Origin: a virus
Reading direction: 5' to 3' (one strand)
Virus record (IMG/VR): IMGVR_UViG_3300031088_000734
Length of the DNA stretch: 64,000 nucleotides
The notes beneath the pieces were generated by a model. That model saw only the letters and a list, made by a program, of their open reading frames with translations, was not told where the DNA came from and ran no database searches. A program made the translations under genes and the position numbers. Positions 30,169-40,012 of the stretch are shown here, in pieces; the stretch's first letter is position 1; the number at the start of each line of letters is the position of its first letter.

Positions 30169-31323
30169 ATGTCAATTTTCCCAACTATCCGCCACATTGA
30201 TGACATCTTGCCAGCTTTGGTTGGTAAAGATTACATCGGCATCAACAAGCAATCTAACGGTGCAACCGTCATTTGCTATAACATCAGCAATGCTGAAGGT
30301 TTTGCTACGTCTTTTGAAAAAGAGTGCCGTGGTATCACTTTTGACCGTGATGGTAAAATTGTATCCCGTCCTTTGCATAAGTTCTTCAACTTGGCAGAGC
30401 GTGAGGAAGTATTGCCACAAAACTTGAATTGGGACGATGTTGTTGCTGTCTTTGATAAAATGGACGGTTCGATGATTACAGGTGGTGTATTCCACGGTGA
30501 AGTCTTCGTAAAATCGAAAAAATCCTTTGAATCGGATGTGGCTGTCTCTGCTTTGGCGTATGTGAAAGCAAACCAGAAATATTATGATTTCATCAAGCAT
30601 TGTGCTGATGTGGATTTGACACCTGTTTTTGAATACACTTCGCCAAATAACCGCATCGTGTTGCGTTACGATGAAGAAAAAATGACTGTCTTGCATGTTC
30701 GTCATAACATCACTGGTGTGTACCATACTCCAGATGAAGTGGCAGCATTGGCTAAGTCTTTTGATATTCCAGTGAACGCTCCATTGTTTGGTAAAGGCTT
30801 TGATTTGAAAGCATTGTTGGAATCTTTGAATACTGTTGAAGGTATAGAAGGTTATGTTATTCAGTTTAAAAACGGCGATATGGTGAAAGTCAAAACTCGC
30901 TGGTATGTAAATTTGCACCACGCTGTTACTTTCGTGCGTATCCGTGATATTGCTCGTTTGGTATTGTCGGAGAAAATTGACGACTACATTGCATTTGTTG
31001 CTTTGAATGCACCAGAAGCCGATTTGACTCAAATCCATCATATCAACGACACTATCAAAGGTGAAATTGAAGGAATCAAGAAAGAAGTTGATACTATTTT
31101 GGCTCAGCATCAAGATGCAGATTTCAAAACGTTGGCAACTACTTACTTGGGTCATCCATACTTCTCTTTCATCATGACAACTGCTCGTGGTAAAGAAGTG
31201 GATTATTTGGACTACTACGAACGTAACCGTTTGAAAGAAGTTTGGTCTTTGGATCAAGTGGATTTGGGTGACTTCACTGGCACCGACGAATCAGACGATG
31301 AAGTTCAAGTAGACGAAGACTGA
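30169..31323 (+). CDS. rnlA: T4 Rnl1-like RNA ligase
   Basis: ECRGITF, RPLHKFFNLxE, motif I KMDGS, FEYTSPNNRIV, EGYVI, KVKTRWY; GGAG RBS before ATG 30169. Confidence 0.9.
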   Translation: MSIFPTIRHIDDILPALVGKDYIGINKQSNGATVICYNISNAEGFATSFEKECRGITFDRDGKIVSRPLHKFFNLAEREEVLPQNLNWDDVVAVFDKMDGSMITGGVFHGEVFVKSKKSFESDVAVSALAYVKANQKYYDFIKHCADVDLTPVFEYTSPNNRIVLRYDEEKMTVLHVRHNITGVYHTPDEVAALAKSFDIPVNAPLFGKGFDLKALLESLNTVEGIEGYVIQFKNGDMVKVKTRWYVNLHHAVTFVRIRDIARLVLSEKIDDYIAFVALNAPEADLTQIHHINDTIKGEIEGIKKEVDTILAQHQDADFKTLATTYLGHPYFSFIMTTARGKEVDYLDYYERNRLKEVWSLDQVDLGDFTGTDESDDEVQVDED

Positions 31324-31453
31324 CATACAGTAACACCAATAAAAGGCGGCTATGTCGCCTTTTTTCAGTTTGTTTTAATAGTTAAGAATAATATTTTCAT
31401 TGACCATATCTACAAAAAATAGTATAATTAGCCAAATCCTACGGAGTTATGCG

Positions 31454-32005
31454 ATGAATACCATTATCTCAAAAACCAAAGAAAAAACCGTCAATTCTAT
31501 TCTTTTTTCATGCACTTTAAACATAGCACTCATCATTGGTGGAGTTTACTTGGCTTACCTATCGTTAGTATGGACGTATCAACACTGGGCGATGATTTCT
31601 GGTTCTGTTGCTTCGTTCTTCTTGATGTTTAAACCTGCCAAAGATTTTTTGGTTAGTCATCTTGGAAAACTCTTTATCGTATGGGCAGTGATGACGGCTT
31701 GGTTTTTTTGCTTAAATTCTAAACTGGACAAAGAAAATCTTGAATTCGACTCCGTAGCAATGAATATCACTGATATTTTCATGTTCTTGGTTCCTTTCTT
31801 GGGTTTTATTGTCTTTGGAACAGTGCCCTTTAAACTCGATAGTTCATTGATTTTAATCAGCGTTATATCAAGTGTTATTTCTTTTGTGTGTTGTCTATTT
31901 TGGATTTGTATTGTCGGAATGCATCTTGAGAATATTTTTTCGAAAAAAGAATATGGTACAGTAATGGAAGATAATCCAGAACAATTGAAATTAGACTTGC
32001 TTTAA
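31454..32005 (+). CDS. multi-pass membrane protein, paralog of 32124, C-terminal QLKLDL
   Basis: shared ILFSCTLNI / IMLSCTFNI, HLGKxFIxW, PEQLxL. Confidence 0.8.
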   Translation: MNTIISKTKEKTVNSILFSCTLNIALIIGGVYLAYLSLVWTYQHWAMISGSVASFFLMFKPAKDFLVSHLGKLFIVWAVMTAWFFCLNSKLDKENLEFDSVAMNITDIFMFLVPFLGFIVFGTVPFKLDSSLILISVISSVISFVCCLFWICIVGMHLENIFSKKEYGTVMEDNPEQLKLDLL

Positions 32006-32123
32006 ACCTATATTCATCAAAAGATAAGAAAAGACGCATTAACAGCGTCTTTTTTTGTTTTTTTTATTTGACTTATTACTAATAAATAATATTATATATT
32101 CAATTTATTGGAGTTATTATATT

Positions 32124-32657
32124 ATGGAAAAAGTTAAGAAAAGTTTAAGCTCTATTATGCTTTCATGTACATTCAATATAGTGCTTACTGGCGTAGTTTT
32201 TTATTTGTTATATTTATTATTAGGTTATATTAGTGATAATTGGAATACCATTAGTACCAGTATCATTTCTTTTATGAATCTTTTTATACCACTTAAAAAT
32301 TTTTTGTTTGCACATCTTGGAAAAATATTTATTGGCTGGTCTATATTCGCTCTTTGGCTGCTATGTGTATGTGTCAAAATGGAAGAAAATGAAATCAAAG
32401 AATCAGGCATAATTAATTTCATAGGTTTCTTAATGTTGCCTATTGGATCAATTGTTTTCTTCATGATTCCTTTTGCACTCGGTTGGGAATGGTTTCCAGT
32501 CAATGTTTTTTCTATTTTAGCTAGTATCGTTCTGCTTGTTTTCTTTATTGGGGTAATTTGTATTTTCTTTGGTTTAGATACTGGTGACCAACCAGAAAAT
32601 GTAGAAAGTACAGATATTGATGCTCCTGAGCAATTAGAGCTATTTGATAAAAAATAA
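32124..32657 (+). CDS. multi-pass membrane protein, paralog of 31454, C-terminal QLELF
   Basis: same motifs; both genes are followed by an AAAAGACGC...GCGTCTTTT terminator. Confidence 0.8.
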   Translation: MEKVKKSLSSIMLSCTFNIVLTGVVFYLLYLLLGYISDNWNTISTSIISFMNLFIPLKNFLFAHLGKIFIGWSIFALWLLCVCVKMEENEIKESGIINFIGFLMLPIGSIVFFMIPFALGWEWFPVNVFSILASIVLLVFFIGVICIFFGLDTGDQPENVESTDIDAPEQLELFDKK

Positions 32658-32745
32658 AACAACAGTCCGACGAAAAGACGCTTTCATAGCGTCTTTTTTT
32701 TGCTTTATTGTTTTCATCATGGTATTATAACCAAATCAAAAAAAT

Positions 32746-33375
32746 ATGAGGTTATCATCAGTGATTAATGTAATTACCAACAAAAAAATGATTGAAAAAA
32801 TTAAAATGGGTTTAAATTCTGAGTTGGTTGATCATCCTGCCATTCGAATTGATCATTGGGTCTATAATGCTGTTATCTTTCGAGAACTGTCCTATGACCA
32901 GAACGGCTTTAAACGTCCTGCTGATATTATTAATTACCTTTACTGTTCTTCTTACAACGACTTCTTGAAGGCTTATAAAGTCACTAAAAGTAGCTTTGTT
33001 TTTGAAACGTTCAGACGCTATAAACATTATGCACTTGAATACACCACACCTACTGAAACCTATTATTTCACAGTAAGCTATAACTCAGAACGTGGCATGG
33101 ATATTAATTTCTATCCCCATATGATTGCTTCTGGTTTTGATCCAGCGGCCCGTGATGATTTTAATGGCGAAATGTATTTGGTTTATTCAAAGATTATGTA
33201 TGAATTCTTGACAGAATTCTACGCAGACATTTTAAACCATCTTTTCGACACTTATGATTTGGCTTCCATTATTGACTATTTCAGCAAGTCATACCGCCAT
33301 TCAGTGGGTGCTGTTGAAATTTTGACCGATTATGAACAATCTAGGGACATTACCTTGATTATGCCAAAATTGTAA
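32746..33375 (+). CDS. hypothetical protein (ends MPKL, possible Met(-4) member)
   Basis: 209-aa ORF after TGGTATTAT. Confidence 0.7.
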   Translation: MRLSSVINVITNKKMIEKIKMGLNSELVDHPAIRIDHWVYNAVIFRELSYDQNGFKRPADIINYLYCSSYNDFLKAYKVTKSSFVFETFRRYKHYALEYTTPTETYYFTVSYNSERGMDINFYPHMIASGFDPAARDDFNGEMYLVYSKIMYEFLTEFYADILNHLFDTYDLASIIDYFSKSYRHSVGAVEILTDYEQSRDITLIMPKL

Positions 33376-33441
33376 TCATTGAATAGACAAAAATGTTGGA
33401 ATATGTTAATATGGAAGTTCACTTTTTTAAGAGATCTTTCC

Positions 33442-34620
33442 ATGACACTTCCGACATTATCTCAATTGAACTCAAATCATGAACTGATTAAAGATTTACT
33501 TCTAAAAAAAAATCTAACCATGTCCGAATATCCAGTAGCAGATTGGCAAAAAATTGTACCGGGTAAAACTGATTTTGCTTTTTGTTCTGGCCCCATTAAG
33601 TTGACTGCTCTTACAGTGTACGCCATTCAATCGGAAACTATTTTTTATTCTGTCATCTTCCCTGAGTATTCCAACAATCAAATTCGTCAGCTCACTACTT
33701 TGCTTGATTTTGTTAAAACTATTTTAAAAGAAAAACCTTCAACTTACGAACCATATAATAAATTTACGCTGGCTAATAATTGTTTAATTGTTGACAATAA
33801 AAAAATCAGTTTATTTTCTAATAATAATAAAGTTTTTTTAAGCAAGTACTCTACTGTAAACCTTGTAGACAAATTATTGTTGCCTGATTTAAGCTTTGAA
33901 ACATTGTATTCAACTATTTTAAATGATTTTAACGAAAAAATCAGTGTTATGCTTAATTCTGAGTTAGCTACCATCAATACTACCAGTATAATTCGATTAC
34001 AAGAAGAAACAAATGAAGAGTTTATTACTAGAACTCATAAAAATCGTATTGTAAAAGCATTGAGCGTTACTGCGTTTAAACAGCATGTCGATGGTCTATA
34101 TCTGCCTATTCAATCTATTCCTTATGATGTAAAAAATAAATCATTGGATAGTAATTCAATGTATTTTATGGATGTTTATGGTCGAGATAAATTTGCAATA
34201 GGTATTCAAAAAATTAATAAATTAAAAATGATGTTGTCTCCATTAATGTCTGATAATGACATTAATCAACTGGTTCAATTGCTATCGATAGCTCAATTTC
34301 ATAGCCACTTGTTACATGCTGAATTTAATAATAATTGTGTCGAATTTTCACAAAAAGATCTTTCGCTTTTATCAAAAGAAAGTTTGTCTAATAATCCAGT
34401 CTATATGGAATTTTCAATCGGTATTTTTGATTTTGAAATTACTGATAAATTTAAAATTGATAACTATATGGGGGATGGTGAGCAATATTTCTTAACCATT
34501 AATGAAGCCTATGACTATCTATTGGATTACATTCAACAAGATATTTGCAAGGTGTTGCATGCCGATGTTGAGAATGTTTGTAATAAAGATCTTCTTGTTA
34601 TTGATATGATGACCTGTTAA
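33442..34620 (+). CDS. hypothetical protein; C-terminal part paralogous to 34623; Met(-4) motif
   Basis: KFAIGIQKI...LSIAQFHSHL matches KFLIGVQRI...LSIAQFYSYL; ends LVIDMMTC. Confidence 0.75.
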   Translation: MTLPTLSQLNSNHELIKDLLLKKNLTMSEYPVADWQKIVPGKTDFAFCSGPIKLTALTVYAIQSETIFYSVIFPEYSNNQIRQLTTLLDFVKTILKEKPSTYEPYNKFTLANNCLIVDNKKISLFSNNNKVFLSKYSTVNLVDKLLLPDLSFETLYSTILNDFNEKISVMLNSELATINTTSIIRLQEETNEEFITRTHKNRIVKALSVTAFKQHVDGLYLPIQSIPYDVKNKSLDSNSMYFMDVYGRDKFAIGIQKINKLKMMLSPLMSDNDINQLVQLLSIAQFHSHLLHAEFNNNCVEFSQKDLSLLSKESLSNNPVYMEFSIGIFDFEITDKFKIDNYMGDGEQYFLTINEAYDYLLDYIQQDICKVLHADVENVCNKDLLVIDMMTC

Positions 34621-34622
34621 TT

Positions 34623-35186
34623 ATGATTAATAATATAGAGTTATCTTTAAATTTAAAGGAATTTTTAATATATGTTGAGTCATTGAACATTGGTATGGAA
34701 CCTATTTCTTATTATTATTCAATTAACATGGATTACAAAAAAAGACTATGTGTGGTGACGGAAGATAGCAAAACTAAATTTTTGATAGGGGTTCAAAGGA
34801 TACAATATTTACGACAGATTTTAAAACCATTAATGGTTGATAAAAATATTAGTCAACTAATTCATATGCTTTCAATCGCTCAATTTTATAGCTATTTATT
34901 TTACAATGATGATTATTTCAATGGGACAGTTGATTTTTCTTATGTAGATAAATATGCATCTGATTATTTACAGTTTTCAGTAGGTGTTTTAAATTTTAAT
35001 ATTTTTGACAATAATATACAAGTTTATAATTGTGGTGACGATTATATATTTGGGTCATTTACTATTGAAGATACATATAATTTTTTCTTAAATTATATTC
35101 AACAAAAAATAATTGACCATTTACACGCTGATCGGGAGCAGATAACTAACAAAAATATTTTGCTTCTTGAAATGCTAAAAATTTAA
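34623..35186 (+). CDS. hypothetical protein, partial duplicate of upstream gene; Met(-4) motif
   Basis: ends LLLEMLKI. Confidence 0.75.
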   Translation: MINNIELSLNLKEFLIYVESLNIGMEPISYYYSINMDYKKRLCVVTEDSKTKFLIGVQRIQYLRQILKPLMVDKNISQLIHMLSIAQFYSYLFYNDDYFNGTVDFSYVDKYASDYLQFSVGVLNFNIFDNNIQVYNCGDDYIFGSFTIEDTYNFFLNYIQQKIIDHLHADREQITNKNILLLEMLKI

Positions 35187-35270
35187 ACAACTAGCTTTCA
35201 GTCCATTTATTGATTGCCTTGTTTTTAGCCTTGTGTTATAATGAGGCATCATTTTTTAGAGCATTCACCT

Positions 35271-35648
35271 ATGCAACAAAAACCAGAATGGACAACCGCC
35301 CAAATCAATGCGAACATAGCCCTTCGCAACCGTCTTTATGTATCAGGATTTCTATTGTCTGGCGTTTTGAAGGATATTCGGGCTGGTCATGCTGATGGTG
35401 TTGTGAACCTTCATTATGAAGATGACACTCCAGTGGGTGTTATTGTTCATGTTACCGATGGCACATTGACTGATGATTTGTCTTGTTATTATGACTTGAT
35501 GGTCTTTGTCCGTAAGGCTCATCGGAACAAAGGAATTGGGAAAAAATTAGTGAATGAATTGAATGTATCTAATCGTTTAAAAGTAGGGCGTGGTTCTCGA
35601 TACAGCCAACATTTCTGGAGTTCACTGGGGTTCAATATCTATGGCTAA
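35271..35648 (+). CDS. GNAT-family acetyltransferase
   Basis: motif A VFVRKAHRNKGIG. Confidence 0.75.
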   Translation: MQQKPEWTTAQINANIALRNRLYVSGFLLSGVLKDIRAGHADGVVNLHYEDDTPVGVIVHVTDGTLTDDLSCYYDLMVFVRKAHRNKGIGKKLVNELNVSNRLKVGRGSRYSQHFWSSLGFNIYG

Positions 35649-36183
35649 TCATCACACTAAAAAGAAAATTGTGAAGCTGGTTGTTGACAGTTTTCACACT
35701 GTTTTTAAAAATAACCATCTTAATGGTCTAGGCTTTCATGAAGATTTTGAACCGATGAAAGATGTGTGTGCATTTTTCAATGGCACCCCTGTCGGAGCCT
35801 ATGGTTGTTTTAAATTTGAACTAGATGGGCATACTATCTTTGTTTATAACACTTATGGTGATGAAGATCACGAAAGACATGATGCCGAAGACATGGTGAA
35901 CATTGCCAGTATGGGTTTTTGTTTTTATTTTGACAAATACTTTTATTGCTTTGATATGGATTCTGCTGGTTATATTACGCTTTTCAACAAGACAGTAAAA
36001 CCAGCTAAAATTGATCCTGATTTTTTCAGTGGTAAACGACCTTTTTATCATTATGATGATCAAGGTTTCTTGTCTATGCAAGGATTTTATGAGAGCCTTA
36101 AATTTCCAGAGCATACAGAAGCTCATAAGTGGACAAGTGGGCCAAGAACTCGATTTGAGCTTGAAAAATTTGCTCTTTTGTGA
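35641..36183 (+). CDS. hypothetical protein
   Basis: start ATG 35641 overlaps upstream stop. Confidence 0.7.
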   Translation: MANHHTKKKIVKLVVDSFHTVFKNNHLNGLGFHEDFEPMKDVCAFFNGTPVGAYGCFKFELDGHTIFVYNTYGDEDHERHDAEDMVNIASMGFCFYFDKYFYCFDMDSAGYITLFNKTVKPAKIDPDFFSGKRPFYHYDDQGFLSMQGFYESLKFPEHTEAHKWTSGPRTRFELEKFALL

Positions 36184-36233
36184 TACTATTGTTTAAAATT
36201 TGAAACGACAACTCATTTCATATAGGTGAATTT

Positions 36234-36539
36234 ATGACTACCCATTATCTTTCCATCTACAACCGTGAAACCACCACATTGAACTATTCAGGATTTAAAG
36301 ACCCTACTGCAAGCTTGCTTAAAGTAGAAGGTGAACTTTCACCAGTGGTTTTTGCTGCAGCTAAATTTATTGTAACCGATGGCGTGTTGGTTAAAATTAA
36401 CGAAGGTGGACGTTATCCTAAATGCGGTGTTGGTGAAACCCTGACTGATGAACAAGTTCATCACCTGCAATCCAACTATGAAAAAACCACCACTCAATAT
36501 TTGAATACATCCGATAAAGTTGAGGCTATCTTGGCATGA
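36234..36539 (+). CDS. hypothetical protein
   Basis: 101-aa ORF, AGGTG RBS. Confidence 0.7.
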   Translation: MTTHYLSIYNRETTTLNYSGFKDPTASLLKVEGELSPVVFAAAKFIVTDGVLVKINEGGRYPKCGVGETLTDEQVHHLQSNYEKTTTQYLNTSDKVEAILA

Positions 36540-36967
36540 CAACTAAACTCAGAAAAGAAGAAGTGCAACTCTATAAGCCGAAGTATCGAAATAGAACTCA
36601 TGCTCGCATGGACTTTTCTGATTGGCAAAAAGAACTCAACCGTAAAATCAGACAACAAATGCCACCAGAACTTTGCTTTCGTGTGGCAGTTCGTGAACAC
36701 TTCTTAGATCGCCTTATTGATCGAGAAGCTGATCCGCGACACATCAAAAAGTTGATTGAAGATACAATTCAGAAGAAAATGTGCGAAATTCTTTTTTTTG
36801 GTGCATTGAACAAAGATTTTCCACGCATGGTGTTTACAGATACCATTCACCATGTCATGACAACTTGGTCAAATCATGACCGTTGCATTGTATTACGTTC
36901 TTATTTCTTGAACGGTGATCGACTGGTTGGTCAAAACCCTGAATTCACATTAAATCCCCATCAGTAA
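36536..36967 (+). CDS. regB: T4 RegB-like endoribonuclease
   Basis: HFLDRLIDREAD aligns with RegB HLLDRAIQREID as recalled; RMVFTD and LNGDRLVG align with RLEITD and INSRRLPG; similar length. Confidence 0.7.
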   Translation: MTTKLRKEEVQLYKPKYRNRTHARMDFSDWQKELNRKIRQQMPPELCFRVAVREHFLDRLIDREADPRHIKKLIEDTIQKKMCEILFFGALNKDFPRMVFTDTIHHVMTTWSNHDRCIVLRSYFLNGDRLVGQNPEFTLNPHQ

Positions 36968-37033
36968 AGATTTTCGTTGCATAATTGTTTTTTTACTGTT
37001 ATACTCTCGAAATCATATTATTGGAGATCAACC

Positions 37034-37426
37034 ATGTTTAAAGAAATGTCTCAACAAACTCAAGAACTTATTGTGGAATCACTCAACAGTGTTGTTACTC
37101 GACTCACTTGTTTTAATGGTGAAATTGCTATTCTTATGCAAGACGCGGCTGAACCCTATCAGAGCATCAATGATTCAGTGACTGACAAACTTGAAAACGT
37201 TGCCGAACTTTTTACCGAAGAAGGTCATGTGATTGATGAAGTGGACGCTTACGCAAAAATGGTTGTGCTGAAAGCCCTTAATGACCGTATTAAGGAACTT
37301 GAAACTTCTATGACTTATTTTATTCAATTTGGTGAAGCGTTGCCTATTGAAGATGTCGTTTTCGCTTATGAATCCAAAATTAAAGCCCTGTATGGTGCTC
37401 AAATGGAATTCTTGACCGCTGTTTAA
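37034..37426 (+). CDS. acidic helical hypothetical protein
   Basis: start moved to ATG 37034 after GGAG. Confidence 0.75.
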   Translation: MFKEMSQQTQELIVESLNSVVTRLTCFNGEIAILMQDAAEPYQSINDSVTDKLENVAELFTEEGHVIDEVDAYAKMVVLKALNDRIKELETSMTYFIQFGEALPIEDVVFAYESKIKALYGAQMEFLTAV

Positions 37427-37524
37427 CCTGTAAATGATTTAATAAAAGCCATCTTTTTGATGGTTTTTTTATTGATTTTTTTCGTCGTTTTTATTATAAT
37501 AAAGGTCTAAATCCTAACCGAGTA

Positions 37525-37971
37525 ATGCAAATGCCTAATTTTAATGTCGGTGATGTTGTTGTTGACTTGACCAATATGGACAAATGGCGAGATCCAAAGG
37601 AGTTTAAATTGGAGTTGTTTCTATATGACTTCAATAAAAAAGTTTTGATAACTGATGCAACAAATTTTATTATCAAATCGAATTATGAACGCTATAACAC
37701 TTCTGCTTTCTTACCTGATTATGAACTGTTTTCTCAATCTACTGGCTTGAATGAAGCTAAGTCAAGAGTTCTTTTTAATTTGACACCACACAGGGCTGGG
37801 CTGGGTAAAGAATTTCAAAAACAGAATACACCAGAAGAACTTGTTCGTTTAAAATCTTCAATTGCGATGGATAGTGATGAGGATACGACACAATTTATTA
37901 TTGCTTTGAAAGATGCCTTCTTGGCCTATTTTGATAGTATTCATGAAGAAATCAAGCCACAAATTTCTTGA
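37525..37971 (+). CDS. hypothetical protein
   Basis: 148-aa ORF after promoter. Confidence 0.65.
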   Translation: MQMPNFNVGDVVVDLTNMDKWRDPKEFKLELFLYDFNKKVLITDATNFIIKSNYERYNTSAFLPDYELFSQSTGLNEAKSRVLFNLTPHRAGLGKEFQKQNTPEELVRLKSSIAMDSDEDTTQFIIALKDAFLAYFDSIHEEIKPQIS

Positions 37972-38022
37972 GCTTTTTGGTGTTTTTTGATAAAATATCT
38001 TCATAAATTAATCACATATTAG

Positions 38023-38298
38023 GTGGAAACTATGTCAAATCGCGTTATTACTATTAAAAAAGTCGGCACTGTTAACAATGTTATGTATCGAGACGTTTTG
38101 GTGGGATCTTTTCATGACGGGGACAATGACACCCTTGCCATGATTATTGATCGGGCTGTTGATGTTTACATTGAACGGCGAGCACCTGATTTGAAAGAAG
38201 CTTTTGAGCGAACCATTGATATGGCTTATGATATGGGCCGAAAAGGTCAAGGTATTGCTACAGCCAAAAAACTTATTTTGCTGGCTTGCTCGGCATAA
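38023..38298 (+). CDS. hypothetical protein
   Basis: 91-aa ORF; start GTG 38023 or ATG 38032. Confidence 0.7.
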   Translation: METMSNRVITIKKVGTVNNVMYRDVLVGSFHDGDNDTLAMIIDRAVDVYIERRAPDLKEAFERTIDMAYDMGRKGQGIATAKKLILLACSA

Positions 38299-38329
38299 CG
38301 TCAACTTTCTATCATTTTTGAGGCTTAAC

Positions 38330-38593
38330 ATGAACGCTATTACCATTACACATTTGCCCATGCAACAAGTCAGCAGTGTCGCCTACAAGGGAAAATTCAT
38401 TGGGCTTGCAGATGATGGAGATTCAGCCAAGCTGCAGCGGTTGGTTAATGAAGCTATGGTTCTTCATGACAAAGCTGAAAAAGAAAACTGGATTAAAACA
38501 ATGGTTAAAGTCTCTCGACTCGTGTATAATCTTGACAATGATGAGGTTTCTGAATCTCGTATGGTTGAAATGATTAAGGAGCGATTTGAATGA
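38330..38593 (+). CDS. hypothetical protein
   Basis: start moved to ATG 38330 after GAGG. Confidence 0.65.
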   Translation: MNAITITHLPMQQVSSVAYKGKFIGLADDGDSAKLQRLVNEAMVLHDKAEKENWIKTMVKVSRLVYNLDNDEVSESRMVEMIKERFE

Positions 38594-39063
38594 AATACCT
38601 TTCTTTGTCAAAAGACATTGGAGCCGTAGCAGTTGCTCTTGGTATTCCAAGTTACAAAATCAAAGACACCATCTTTGATGTATTTCAGTCTATGGAGATT
38701 AAATATTCCAATTTTTCTGATTGGTATGACAAAGTTTTTGTCGAAGTATTGATGGATAATGTGCGTCGAGATATTGTGTTGGCTGTTGATGGTACTACCA
38801 TTGCAGGCATCTTGATTTTGAAAGATATGGATGGTGAAAAGAAAGTCTGCAATATTGTGGTACTTCCAGCTTATCGTAAACAAGGTATTGCCAACGAATT
38901 GTTTGAAATTGCATTTGAATACCTTGGAACTCGTAAACCTATGCTTTCTATGTCACAAGATCTAGTGCCTAGCTTTTCTGGTATCATTCGTAAGTTTAAA
39001 TTCAAGCTAACTAATATTGATCAAGCCTATAATAAAGACAAACCAGAATTTTATTATAATTGA
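38590..39063 (+). CDS. GNAT-family acetyltransferase
   Basis: motif A IVVLPAYRKQGIA; ATGA overlap with upstream gene. Confidence 0.8.
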   Translation: MKYLSLSKDIGAVAVALGIPSYKIKDTIFDVFQSMEIKYSNFSDWYDKVFVEVLMDNVRRDIVLAVDGTTIAGILILKDMDGEKKVCNIVVLPAYRKQGIANELFEIAFEYLGTRKPMLSMSQDLVPSFSGIIRKFKFKLTNIDQAYNKDKPEFYYN

Positions 39064-39111
39064 AAAAAAGTATTGACTTATAGCGTTCATTGTTTTATAA
39101 TTATCAACATT

Positions 39112-39195
39112 GCGGAAGTGATGAAATGGTAGACGTTCTGGTCTTAGAAGCCAGTGCCGAGAGGCGTGTGGGTTCGAGTCCCACCTTCCGCACCA
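39112..39195 (+). tRNA. tRNA-Leu(TAG)
   Basis: cloverleaf: GCGGAAG/CTTCCGC acceptor, CTGGT-CTTAGAA-GCCAG anticodon arm, long variable arm, GGTTCGAGTCC, encoded CCA; promoter TTGACT 39073 / TATAAT 39096. Confidence 0.95.
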
Positions 39196-39268
39196 TTTTA
39201 ATATAGGCTCACATTTGTGGGTCTTTTTTTTAACTTTAAAACAGAGTTTGCTTATTGAGAGGTCAGCA

Positions 39269-39475
39269 GTGAAAGAACATTGCCCAGTCATTAAATCAAG
39301 ACGTAATCAATTCATATTGGTAGGTATTCTTTCTTTTTTTGCTCTTTTTGTGGGCATGGAAATGGTTCGTTTTTTTCATAACTACTCTGACCGTCAATCC
39401 TCTATACATAATACAGCTTCTGATAAAACTCAGGGGCTTGTTAAATCATTCTTTTCTCAACAAGGGAGCCGATAA
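39269..39475 (+). CDS. small single-pass membrane protein
   Basis: GTG start after GAGG; one hydrophobic helix. Confidence 0.55.
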   Translation: MKEHCPVIKSRRNQFILVGILSFFALFVGMEMVRFFHNYSDRQSSIHNTASDKTQGLVKSFFSQQGSR

Positions 39476-39963
39476 TGACGCTTCCTTCTTACACTGACTT
39501 CATCGTTAAATACACCCCAGAAAAGCCACTTGAACGTAGTTGGATGCCTCACTTACACAATAACAGTTATTACTATTCTGATAAAGAGTCTCGATTTGTA
39601 GATGTTTCTGAAATGTTGGAAAGTTTGTATTCAGATAAATTAATTAGTTATACACGAACAGACGCGAATGTTATCTCCGTTGATTTGTTTGATGAACGCT
39701 TTGATATTCTGGATGCCATTGCTGAATCTAACTACCATAATAAGGAGATCATCAATCTCTTGATACAAATGGATATCAATCATATGAAACCTGACTGTTG
39801 GGTGGAGAAATTGAATTTTCATCATAATGCCATTCACCCCATAGCATCTGTTAAAGACATGCGGTGTTATTTCTTGCCAAGAACTCGCCCTTACGATGTT
39901 GTTAGGGAAGTTATCTATACTGATATTTGCAAATCCTACATAAAGCTCTTCATTCCAGATTGA
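39475..39963 (+). CDS. hypothetical protein
   Basis: 162-aa ORF coupled to upstream stop. Confidence 0.7.
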   Translation: MTLPSYTDFIVKYTPEKPLERSWMPHLHNNSYYYSDKESRFVDVSEMLESLYSDKLISYTRTDANVISVDLFDERFDILDAIAESNYHNKEIINLLIQMDINHMKPDCWVEKLNFHHNAIHPIASVKDMRCYFLPRTRPYDVVREVIYTDICKSYIKLFIPD

Positions 39964-40012
39964 GCCTTTGCTTTATTTGTGGTATAATTGTCGAAATCTT
40001 AGAGGAACTACT

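Noticed and set aside
30172-31257. 361-aa minus-strand ORF
   Set aside because: Entirely antisense to the Rnl1 gene, with implausible composition; a shadow of sense-strand codon bias
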